DNA of 46,186 nt, taken from positions 1 to 46,186 of the forward strand of contig JAWONR010000175.1 in the NCBI GenBank assembly GCA_033865115.1. Reading direction: 5' to 3'. The stretch comes from Candidatus Persebacter sydneyensis (GTDB lineage Bacteria > Pseudomonadota > Gammaproteobacteria > Tethybacterales > Persebacteraceae). A program made the position numbers and the translations under genes. A model generated the notes under the pieces. The model saw nothing but the letters and a program-made list of their open reading frames with translations. It did no database searches and was not told the DNA's origin. Shown piece by piece: positions 1 through 7,656 of this stretch. Numbering within the stretch: the first letter of the stretch is position 1; the number at the start of each line of letters is the position of its first letter.

Positions 1-390
1 GAGAAGTCGTTGTATTCGGGAGAAGCGGCGATGGTGGTCGCGCCGGGAGAATCAGGCGAGTTGGGGATTTTGCCCGGACACGCGCCGTTGTTAACGCGCA
101 TTAAACCGGGTGTTCTCAAAATCGGACTGCCGGACGGCAGCGAAGAGCTTATTTATGTTTCAGGCGGTGTTTTGGAGGCGCAACCGGACAAAATAACCGT
201 ACTGGCGGATGTCGCCGAGCGCGGTGATGAATTGGACGAAGCGCGCGCCGAAGAAGCGCGGCGGGAAGCGGAATCGAAAATTCAGGCTGGCGGCGAAGGC
301 ATGGATTATGCCGCGGCGCAGGCTGAATTGGCGCAGGCGGTCGCGCAGTTACAGGCGATTCGCAAATTGCGACGGAAGGCGGGCGGATGA
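1..390 (+). CDS. atpC: ATP synthase F1 epsilon subunit, 5'-truncated by the window edge
   Basis: Frame 1 is open from base 1. The translation ([21 protein letters not shown]...[35 protein letters not shown]...) matches the epsilon beta-sandwich plus C-terminal helical hairpin. The stop is at 388-390. E. coli AtpC has about 15 more N-terminal residues, so the start lies upstream of the window. Confidence 0.9.
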   Translation, partial: EKSLYSGEAAMVVAPGESGELGILPGHAPLLTRIKPGVLKIGLPDGSEELIYVSGGVLEAQPDKITVLADVAERGDELDEARAEEARREAESKIQAGGEGMDYAAAQAELAQAVAQLQAIRKLRRKAGG

Positions 391-1331
391 GCGCGCGAGC
401 AGACGGGATGTGGGTTTCCCTTAAAAAGACTGCGTCTTTGTGGCTTGATGCCGATGCCTACGCCGCTTCCATCTCCACCGCCCCCGGCAATGAGTTATTT
501 TCATGGCTTCGTTGTATGCCGTTTATCTTGATTCATTTGGGGTGTTTTGCGGCGTTTGCAACCGGTGTTTCGCCTGTGGCGGCTTATGCCGCTTTGTTTT
601 GGTATTGTTTCCGGGTGTTCGCGCTAACCGGGTTTTATCACCGTTATTTCTCACATCGCGCGTTTCAAACCAATCGCTTTTGGCAGTTTATGTTTGCCGT
701 CTTTGGCATGACGGCGATACAACGGGGACCGTTGTGGTGGGCGGCGCATCATCGTCGACATCATTTGTACGCCGACACCGAAGAAGACGCCCATTCACCC
801 TTGCGCGGCGTGTTGTGGAGTCATTTTGGCTGGTTTACCTGCGGCAAAAATTTTCCAACCCATTATTCCATTGTCCGTGATTTCGCGCGCTATCCGGAGT
901 TGATTTTTCTCAACCGCTTTGACTGGCTTGTGCCGATAATTTTTCTGGCGTCCATGTACGGCTTTGGCGAATGGCTGGCGGCGGCGCATCCCCATCTTGA
1001 AACAAACGGCATGCAAATGTTGGTGTGGTGCGGTTTTATTTCCACGGTGGCGGTTTATCACGCGACATTTTGCGTTAATTCACTTTGCCATTTGATCGGC
1101 GGACAACCGTATCGCTCGGACGACCACAGTCGCAACAACTGGCTGGTGGCATTGCTGACTTTCGGCGAGGGATGGCACAACAATCATCATCGTTATCCGG
1201 GCAGTGTGCGGCAGGGTTTTCGCTGGTGGCAAATTGACATCACTTATCAATTGTTGCGCGTGTTGGCGTTGTTGCGCGTGATTAAAAATCTCAAACACGT
1301 CCCGCAGGCGGTGGTTGACGAGGCGCGTTAA
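387..1331 (+). CDS. Membrane fatty-acid (acyl-CoA/acyl-lipid delta-9 type) desaturase
   Basis: 314-aa ORF carrying the three histidine boxes of integral-membrane desaturases (HRYFSH, HHRRHH, HNNHH) and hydrophobic segments. Its ATG at 387 overlaps the atpC stop (ATGA). An alternative ATG lies at 408. Confidence 0.85.
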   Translation: MSARADGMWVSLKKTASLWLDADAYAASISTAPGNELFSWLRCMPFILIHLGCFAAFATGVSPVAAYAALFWYCFRVFALTGFYHRYFSHRAFQTNRFWQFMFAVFGMTAIQRGPLWWAAHHRRHHLYADTEEDAHSPLRGVLWSHFGWFTCGKNFPTHYSIVRDFARYPELIFLNRFDWLVPIIFLASMYGFGEWLAAAHPHLETNGMQMLVWCGFISTVAVYHATFCVNSLCHLIGGQPYRSDDHSRNNWLVALLTFGEGWHNNHHRYPGSVRQGFRWWQIDITYQLLRVLALLRVIKNLKHVPQAVVDEAR

Positions 1332-1804
1332 TGTCCGGCGTTTCGGCGGCGGAGACAGAACAACACATTCTTAAAAATTACCGGCATATAAACGCAGTTG
1401 ACGCGTGGGGAGAACGGGCGTTTTTTGTCAATCCGGATTCTGTTTTGCCGCGCGGAGCGTATTTTGCAACTCTGAAATTTAATGACGGCGAAAACGACCG
1501 CGCGTCCAATATCAACCGCCCGAATGTGTTTCGTTTTAACATCGGGCTTGCAAAAGAAGACTATGCCTTATTGTTTGGCGCGCCTCCGAAACGTCCGGCG
1601 AAAAGCGGTGTCGTCTCCGGTGAATGGAATTTTACGGAATTGAACATCTTAACGCCGCATCCGGTGTATGGATGGATGCAATGGGCGGCGGTTTTGAATC
1701 CGGATAAAAACATGTTTCGAAAGTGCCTGCCGTTGTTGGACGGCGCATATAAAAAAGCGTTGTCATCGGCGCGAAAAAACATCGCAAGATTGAATTCAAT
1801 TTAA
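1331..1804 (+). CDS. Hypothetical protein (resembles the DUF6194-type small proteins; function unknown)
   Basis: 157-aa ORF whose ATG shares a base with the desaturase stop (TAATG at 1329-1333). The composition looks like coding sequence. The stretch FFVNPD...YFATLKFNDGENDRASNINRPNVFRFNIGL recalls DUF6194-type proteins, but that is from memory only. Confidence 0.5.
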   Translation: MSGVSAAETEQHILKNYRHINAVDAWGERAFFVNPDSVLPRGAYFATLKFNDGENDRASNINRPNVFRFNIGLAKEDYALLFGAPPKRPAKSGVVSGEWNFTELNILTPHPVYGWMQWAAVLNPDKNMFRKCLPLLDGAYKKALSSARKNIARLNSI

Positions 1805-4296
1805 TTAAAACGGACGCGCCCGCCGAAAAACATAAAAAAGTCGTTTGTAGACGGCGGTGAGTTGGACGGCGGGTGTGCGATAAAAGACGAGTCGCCGTCC
1901 GCATTTTCGTCGTCGTCCAGCCATTGACACAGACTGGTGAGATTTGCACCGCCGCCGCCCTGATGGGCGATGTGAATTGTGCCGACAATTTCGTGTTCCG
2001 GCATTTTGATAATGCAACGTGTGTTGTCAAGCGGGTGCGGACTGAATATTAACAACGCTTCAACATCTTGAATGTCAACACCGCCGCCGGCGATGATTTC
2101 AGCCCCCGCGGGAATCACCACCGGTTTGTCTTTTTGGAATGTGAAACTTTCCATGACACGGATTTCTCCTGTTGGCTCTTTCCCCGCCGACAAAATAACC
2201 CCGCTGGGAGCCGTTGCATCGCGCGGCGGCGCGCCGTGATTAAGCGTTAACGTTTGCGGCGGCGTGCCGCCGCCGAACAATGTCGCGGTGTGGGTTTGGG
2301 ACAATGTCAACGGGTTGGAAAGAATCATTTTCGCGCCCGGATGCAGGGAGACGGTTAATCCGGTTTGTCCGCATGTTTCGGGCGCGCCGTAATGACAGCC
2401 GGAGGCGACGGCGTAATATAAGTTATGGTCTTCAATAAAAGTTTTCGCCTGTCGCGACAAATGACGCGAATCAAAACACGGCGGATAGTTGTGCAGGTTA
2501 TCGCGGCTTGCGGCGGCGATATTGGTTTTCTTTTTCCATGGATAGATGATTTTTGGCGCTTGAATGATGTTTGCGCCGTATGTAATGTCCGACAACAGCA
2601 TGGCGGCGAAATGTCGGCGGAAAAAATCACCCCGGCTCGGCTTATATGTGTCGGCGGCGGAGAGTGTTTGTGTTTTGTCGTCCGTGCGCAGTTCCATGTC
2701 CGGAAACTTCACTTGCGAAAAATCTTCTTCTATCTGCAACCAACTGCTAATTCTCAATTGCGAGCGGGCGTTGAGCGAAACAATGCGCGTTGCCGTTGTG
2801 ATTAATGCATCGCCTAAGAAACCGGCGACAATGGGGGACGGTAATTTAAGTTGCGCGCCGTCTTTGGAGACGACCGCCTCTTTTCTGTCATGTTCGGGAA
2901 GCCATCCCTGCAACATGCCGTTCGGCGCAAGCGGTGTTTTGTCTGCGAATGTCACCGATGTGGCGGCGACAATTGATACGGTAATTCCCGCGGACAATCT
3001 CATTTCTTCTTTTACGGCGTGCAAAGCGCCCTCGGGAACTCGCAATGCAGTTCCCACGGACAATGTCAATCGCGCATAACGCGCCAACACCGGCGTATTG
3101 ATGATGTATGAGTTGTCACCGATGACGGCTTCATGCGGAAGTAAAACATCAAGCGTAGTCGCATGCGCCGCCAAAAGTGCGGCGTTTGTGGAAAGCGTTA
3201 TCGTAGCAGCTGAAACATCGGACGCATTGACGGTCATCATCGCCGGCGTCAACATGGCGACGCCGGGACTGACATCCCCGCTTCCGGCGGTGGCATGAAA
3301 CGAAGCGCAATGACGCACGCGGCTTTGGGTATGCGCGGTGGTATTGGCGGCGGGCGCGGGATAATAACCGAAAAAATCCCTCCAAGCGGTGATGGCGCGA
3401 TGGATTTCATCAAGCGGTGAATCGGGAACGGGAGCGTTGTGTGTTTGCGTGACGCCGGCATATTCCGCATAGCGCCTCATAAATTCACCGCGATATAATT
3501 CATCCAACTCAATATGGGCGAGGCGGTCGTTGACGGATGGGTTGCCAAAAACATCAAAAAACACGCCGTCCGAATCGGCGTTGCTTTCACCAAAGGCGGA
3601 TTCAAAATAGCTTTCCGGCAAAATATCATCGAATGAAAGTGTCGCGGTTGTCACATAAGATTCCGGCAGGCGTCCGACTCTATACTTTCCCGGCGAGATG
3701 ACAACAGCGGCGACTCTTTCGCTTAGCGTGACGCGCTTTTCGGTATGCGGCATGATATTTACCACGGACAGCCAGCCGGAGGAGACGGAATCAAGACGGT
3801 GGAAATTAAGCGGTGTGTTGTCGCTTGTCGGCGCCATGTTTTTTGACACTGCATACCAAAAACGGTTGCCGTGTGAGTCGCGCAAATCCGCGCCCAGTCC
3901 GTCGCTGACTTCGCCATGTCCGCCGCTCAAAAAACGCGCGCGATAAGGCAGTCGTCCAAAACGACTGCCGGAAATGAGAACGCCGTTGGTAACGCCTTCA
4001 ATGTCTCCGCCGCAAGTCGGGTCTTGGGAGCCGTCCAAATTACGGTCGCCCAAATTATCCGGACACGGCAACATCAACAAGCGCGGAATAATCGGACTTC
4101 CACCGGGGCGGGCGACATTAAACGGACGAGCACTGCGCACCAACATGTAGTCGGCGAGCATGTCACGCGCGAGTGCGATGTTTTGGGCGTCAACTTTTTG
4201 ACGCGTTTGTTTGTCGTGGTGAATGCTGGCGAGGACGCGGTGTGTCAGTCCGCCGGTAATCGCGCCGCCGAGAATAACGACGATAAAAATCATCAT
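1801..4296 (-). CDS. Large hypothetical membrane-anchored or exported protein (~831 aa), no family assignable
   Basis: Uninterrupted 845-codon ORF. The likely start is the ATG-ATG pair at 4296, and the TTG at 4338 would overlap the leuC stop. It has a single N-terminal hydrophobic helix (MMIFIVVILGGAITGGL). Eight Cys follow the helix, several closely spaced (LPCPD..PTCGG, GCHYGAPETCG, RCIIK..SLCQW), and there are acidic D/G/N patches. I recognise no catalytic or family motif. Confidence 0.7.
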   Translation of the reverse strand: MMIFIVVILGGAITGGLTHRVLASIHHDKQTRQKVDAQNIALARDMLADYMLVRSARPFNVARPGGSPIIPRLLMLPCPDNLGDRNLDGSQDPTCGGDIEGVTNGVLISGSRFGRLPYRARFLSGGHGEVSDGLGADLRDSHGNRFWYAVSKNMAPTSDNTPLNFHRLDSVSSGWLSVVNIMPHTEKRVTLSERVAAVVISPGKYRVGRLPESYVTTATLSFDDILPESYFESAFGESNADSDGVFFDVFGNPSVNDRLAHIELDELYRGEFMRRYAEYAGVTQTHNAPVPDSPLDEIHRAITAWRDFFGYYPAPAANTTAHTQSRVRHCASFHATAGSGDVSPGVAMLTPAMMTVNASDVSAATITLSTNAALLAAHATTLDVLLPHEAVIGDNSYIINTPVLARYARLTLSVGTALRVPEGALHAVKEEMRLSAGITVSIVAATSVTFADKTPLAPNGMLQGWLPEHDRKEAVVSKDGAQLKLPSPIVAGFLGDALITTATRIVSLNARSQLRISSWLQIEEDFSQVKFPDMELRTDDKTQTLSAADTYKPSRGDFFRRHFAAMLLSDITYGANIIQAPKIIYPWKKKTNIAAASRDNLHNYPPCFDSRHLSRQAKTFIEDHNLYYAVASGCHYGAPETCGQTGLTVSLHPGAKMILSNPLTLSQTHTATLFGGGTPPQTLTLNHGAPPRDATAPSGVILSAGKEPTGEIRVMESFTFQKDKPVVIPAGAEIIAGGGVDIQDVEALLIFSPHPLDNTRCIIKMPEHEIVGTIHIAHQGGGGANLTSLCQWLDDDENADGDSSFIAHPPSNSPPSTNDFFMFFGGRVRFN

Positions 4297-4334
4297 AGCA
4301 ACGCCCCGATGGGGCGCACATTTACGGGAGGGAG

Positions 4335-5741
4335 TCAATGTCCGGGTTGTGAAATATCAACAAACCGGCCTTCAACAGCGGCGGCTGCGGCCATGGCGGG
4401 ACTTAGCAAATGCGTACGTGATTTGTATCCTTGCCGTCCTTCAAAATTGCGGTTGGATGTCGAAGCGCAACGTTCTTTTTCGCCCATTTTGTCTTCGTTC
4501 ATGCCCAGACACATGGAACAACCGGAATAACGCCATTCAAATCCGGCGGAGAGAAATATTTCATGCAATCCCTCGGATTCCGCTTGTTCTCGAACCAATC
4601 CGGAGCCGGGAACGACAAGCGCCTGCCGGATGGTTTTAGCCACGCGCCGTCCGTCCAATATTTTGGCGGCGGCGCGCAAATCTTCAATGCGCGCGTTGGT
4701 GCAAGAGCCGATAAACACTTTGTCCGGACGGATGTCGGCAATCGGCGTGTTGGGACGCAATCCCATATAAGCAAGCGCGTTTTCCATGCCGGTGCGGCGA
4801 GTCGGGTCTTTTTCATGCGCCGGGTCGGGGACACATTCATCCGCCGCCGCCACCATGTCGGGCGAAGTCCCCCACGATACTTGCGGTTTGATGGCGGCGG
4901 CGTCAAGAAACTCTTCCCGGTCAAAAGTCGCCTCTGAGTCACTTTTCAACGTCTTCCAATGGTCACATGCCGCCTGCCAGTGTTCGCTTTTTGGCGCGAG
5001 CGGGCGGTCTTTGACAAAAGCGACGGTTTTTTCATCAACACCGACCATGCCGGCGCGCGCACCGGCTTCAATGGACATGTTGCAAATTGTCATGCGTCCC
5101 GCCATGTCCAGCTCACGAATGGCATCGCCGGCGTATTCCAAAACATGTCCGGCACCGCCCGCCGCGCCGATTTTGCCGATAATGGAAAGAATAATGTCTT
5201 TGGCAAAAACGCCCTCCCGCAACGCGCCGTCCACGGTAATCCGCATGGTTTTGGCGCGCTTCATGGGAAGACACTGAGTCGCCAACACATGTTCAATTTC
5301 CGAAGTGCCAATGCCAAACGCCAAACAGCCAAACGCGCCATGTGTGCTGGTGTGCGAATCACCGCATACCACCGTCATACCCGGCAATGTCAAGCCTTGT
5401 TCGGGACCGATAATATGGACAATGCCCTGTCGTTTGTCGCGCAGACCGATTTGTGAAACGCCGAATTCACGGCAGTTGTCGTCCAATGTTTCAATTTGAA
5501 TGCGCGAAATTTCATCGCGAACCGTCTCACGATTCACGGTCGGCACATTGTGCTCCGGCACCGCCAAAATTGAACGCACATTCCAAAGCGGACGGCTCTG
5601 CATACGCATGCCTTCAAACGCCTGCGGACTGGTGACTTCATGAACCAAATGGCGGTCAATGTACAACAATCCCCGCCCGTCTTGTTCTTCATCGACGAGA
5701 TGTCGTCGCCACAACTTTTCGTACAACGTTTGCGCACTCAT
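4335..5741 (-). CDS. leuC: 3-isopropylmalate dehydratase large subunit
   Basis: Near-colinear with E. coli LeuC from [11 protein letters not shown].. through [26 protein letters not shown] and the CSMCLGMN Fe-S cysteines to NRNFEGRQG. The start is set at the ATG at 5741. The 27-codon upstream extension in the ORF track has no homolog counterpart. Confidence 0.95.
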   Translation of the reverse strand: MSAQTLYEKLWRRHLVDEEQDGRGLLYIDRHLVHEVTSPQAFEGMRMQSRPLWNVRSILAVPEHNVPTVNRETVRDEISRIQIETLDDNCREFGVSQIGLRDKRQGIVHIIGPEQGLTLPGMTVVCGDSHTSTHGAFGCLAFGIGTSEIEHVLATQCLPMKRAKTMRITVDGALREGVFAKDIILSIIGKIGAAGGAGHVLEYAGDAIRELDMAGRMTICNMSIEAGARAGMVGVDEKTVAFVKDRPLAPKSEHWQAACDHWKTLKSDSEATFDREEFLDAAAIKPQVSWGTSPDMVAAADECVPDPAHEKDPTRRTGMENALAYMGLRPNTPIADIRPDKVFIGSCTNARIEDLRAAAKILDGRRVAKTIRQALVVPGSGLVREQAESEGLHEIFLSAGFEWRYSGCSMCLGMNEDKMGEKERCASTSNRNFEGRQGYKSRTHLLSPAMAAAAAVEGRFVDISQPGH

Positions 5742-5748
5742 GAAAAAT

Positions 5749-5754
5749 ATTATA
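5749..5754 (-). promoter_or_regulatory. Putative extended -10 element (TGTTATAAT) 7 nt upstream of the leuC ATG
   Basis: The minus strand reads GTGTTATAAT-ATTTTTC-ATG. There is a perfect TATAAT with a TGn extension, and no Shine-Dalgarno between it and the start codon. Confidence 0.4.
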
Positions 5755-5988
5755 ACACTCTCAACAACACTCACGATAATGGGAACGCACATCATCATAA
5801 ATGAACCGGCATGTGGCTCCACTTCTTCATCACTTTGCCGGAGACAAATTCTTCTAATTCGGTGAAATATCCGCCGGCGGCGTGCCGTCCTGCTTTATGA
5901 CTCGCTGGAGGCGAATTTGCCGAAAAATGATGAAAAATCGGCATTTTTCTACAATTTTGCAGATTAAAATCGCCAAATTTGCTAAAAT

Positions 5989-6024
5989 TGGGTGAAAAAG
6001 TGGTAAAAAGTGGTAAATTATGGG
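5989..6024 (+). promoter_or_regulatory. Putative MraZ operator: phased TGGG/TGGT direct repeats
   Basis: TGGGTGAAAAAG-TGGTAAAAAG-TGGTAAATTA-TGGGATATGG. Repeat starts are at 5989, 6001, 6011 and 6021 (spacing 12/10/10 nt), immediately upstream of the mraZ ATG at 6027. MraZ is known to bind phased TGGG-type direct repeats in its own promoter region. Confidence 0.55.
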
Positions 6025-6026
6025 AT

Positions 6027-6482
6027 ATGGAGAAAACAGACCAGTTTGGGGCGGCACAATTGCGGCTCGACGAGCGAGGGCGATTGGCGGTGCCCAAGAA
6101 TTTACGCACGTTGTTATGCGGGCGGGAGGCTTTCATCTTAACCGCGCATCCGCATGGATGTTTGTCGGTTTATGACGAAGCGCGCTTTGACGAGATTCGC
6201 CGGCAGATTACGGAGCGTCCCAACACGGCATATTTTGATTCACATTTGGAAGAGTTAATTTTAGGTTTCGCCGAGCCGTTACAAATTGACGCTGTCGGCC
6301 GTTTTTTAATCGGAGGTCATTTACGCACTTACGCCCGCATTGAGCGGGATTTACGATTGTTTCGCCTTCCGGGTTCGGTTCGCATTTGGAGCGAAGAACG
6401 TTGGGCGCAACGCCAGGCGTTAATGACGGCGCGTTTGCAGGACGAAAAGTTTTCGGCGACATGGCAGGACTTGAGACTGTAA
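6027..6482 (+). CDS. mraZ: Transcriptional regulator MraZ
   Basis: First gene of the dcw cluster. FGAAQLRLDERGRLAVPKNLR and a second GRFLI...R half match the duplicated MraZ/SpoVT-AbrB fold. The start is set at ATG 6027 to match the homolog N-terminus (MFRGA..DSKGRLSVP). Confidence 0.9.
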   Translation: MEKTDQFGAAQLRLDERGRLAVPKNLRTLLCGREAFILTAHPHGCLSVYDEARFDEIRRQITERPNTAYFDSHLEELILGFAEPLQIDAVGRFLIGGHLRTYARIERDLRLFRLPGSVRIWSEERWAQRQALMTARLQDEKFSATWQDLRL

Positions 6483-7363
6483 ATCACGTTGCCGTTTTGG
6501 CATCGGCGGCGACCGAAAGGTTGCTGGACGGCGGCGGTTGTTATATTGACGCCACATTCGGAGACGGCGGACACAGTCGTTGTTTGTTGGGGACGATGCC
6601 GGCGTCATCTCGGTTAATTGCCTTGGATTGTGATGAATACGCGGCGCAACGGGCGGAGGAAGTAAAAGACGAGCGTTTTTGTTTTTTTCACCGCAGTTAT
6701 GCCGAGATGGAAGACGCGGTGGCGACGGCGGGGGCGGAAAACATACGCGGTGTTTTGTTTGACCTGGGTGTGTCGAGCATGCAACTGGACAACCCCGAAC
6801 GCGGCATGTCGTTTAAGCGGCTCGGACCGTTGGATATGCGTTTTGACCGTCGCACCGCATGCACCGCGAAAAAATTGTTGGCATCGTGCGGTGAACGGGA
6901 ATTGATTCGCATTCTCAAAGAGTACGGCGAAGAGCCGGAAGCGTCCCGGGTGGGACGCGCCATTTACGAGCGTCGTCGTCGCATTCCCGACACCATGGCG
7001 TTGGCAAAAATTGTCGCCGACAGCAAGCGCTCCCATCCGCCGGGGCGACATCCGGCGACTTTGACTTTTCAGGCATTGCGCATTGCCGTCAATCGCGAAT
7101 GGGAAACTTTACGGCGCGGACTGTCGGCGGCAAGCCGACTGTTGTCGGACGGCGGACGACTCGCGGTGATTGCTTTTCATTCTTTGGAGGAACGCATTGT
7201 CCGGCGTGCGTTATCCGCGCCCGCTTTTCCGGGCATCGGCAGGTTGGAGACGCCTCGCATGCGGCAACTGGGCAAGATGATAACGCCAACGGCGGAAGAA
7301 ATCGCAGCAAACCCGCGCGCCCGCAGTGCGCGTATGCGCATTTTTGTGAAAGAGCCGGCATGA
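6461..7363 (+). CDS. rsmH: 16S rRNA (cytosine1402-N4)-methyltransferase
   Basis: HVAVL...YIDATFGDGGHS...DLGVSSMQLD...RMRIF motifs in the canonical position after mraZ. ATG 6461 overlaps the mraZ 3' end by 22 nt. Confidence 0.9.
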   Translation: MAGLETVNHVAVLASAATERLLDGGGCYIDATFGDGGHSRCLLGTMPASSRLIALDCDEYAAQRAEEVKDERFCFFHRSYAEMEDAVATAGAENIRGVLFDLGVSSMQLDNPERGMSFKRLGPLDMRFDRRTACTAKKLLASCGERELIRILKEYGEEPEASRVGRAIYERRRRIPDTMALAKIVADSKRSHPPGRHPATLTFQALRIAVNREWETLRRGLSAASRLLSDGGRLAVIAFHSLEERIVRRALSAPAFPGIGRLETPRMRQLGKMITPTAEEIAANPRARSARMRIFVKEPA

Positions 7364-7656
7364 GCGGCGGACTATTGCGACCGATATTGGTGCTGTTTTT
7401 TGCGGCGTTGTTTTTTGTGTGGACGGCGCAAGACGCCATGTCCCGCCGCAATCAAGTTCGTGAATTGACGCAGCATTTGGACGCGTTACAAGGACAATCC
7501 CGCGCGTTGCAAGACGAGCAACGCAGTGTGTTGTTGGAATATATGACAATTACCGGCTACGTTGAGTTGCGGGACGCCGCCGCACAACTCGGCATGCTCG
7601 AACCGGATTCGGACGATGATTCGTTGATGTTTGTGTCGCGGGGGAAACAACAATGA
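7360..7656 (+). CDS. ftsL: Cell division protein FtsL
   Basis: 98-aa bitopic protein (one TM helix, then a coiled-coil/leucine-zipper-like region) between rsmH and ftsI. It has ATGA overlaps at both ends. Confidence 0.8.
   Translation: MSGGLLRPILVLFFAALFFVWTAQDAMSRRNQVRELTQHLDALQGQSRALQDEQRSVLLEYMTITGYVELRDAAAQLGMLEPDSDDDSLMFVSRGKQQ

Noticed and set aside
5742-5822. In-frame 27-codon extension upstream of leuC ([31 protein letters not shown]..). It is strikingly Ile/Val-rich, so I considered a branched-chain-amino-acid attenuation leader peptide or a membrane anchor.
   Set aside because: There is no stop codon separating it from leuC, so it cannot be a separate leader peptide. LeuC homologs start at the [11 protein letters not shown] position. 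The Ile/Val/Phe bias is explained by the AT-rich promoter sequence (TGTTATAATATTTTTC) being translated. No terminator/antiterminator pair is evident.
5795-6136. 113-aa minus-strand ORF spanning the leuC-mraZ intergenic region and the mraZ 5' end.
   Set aside because: It overlaps the mraZ coding sequence and the repeat operator. It has odd composition and no start context. The region is better explained as divergent promoter DNA.
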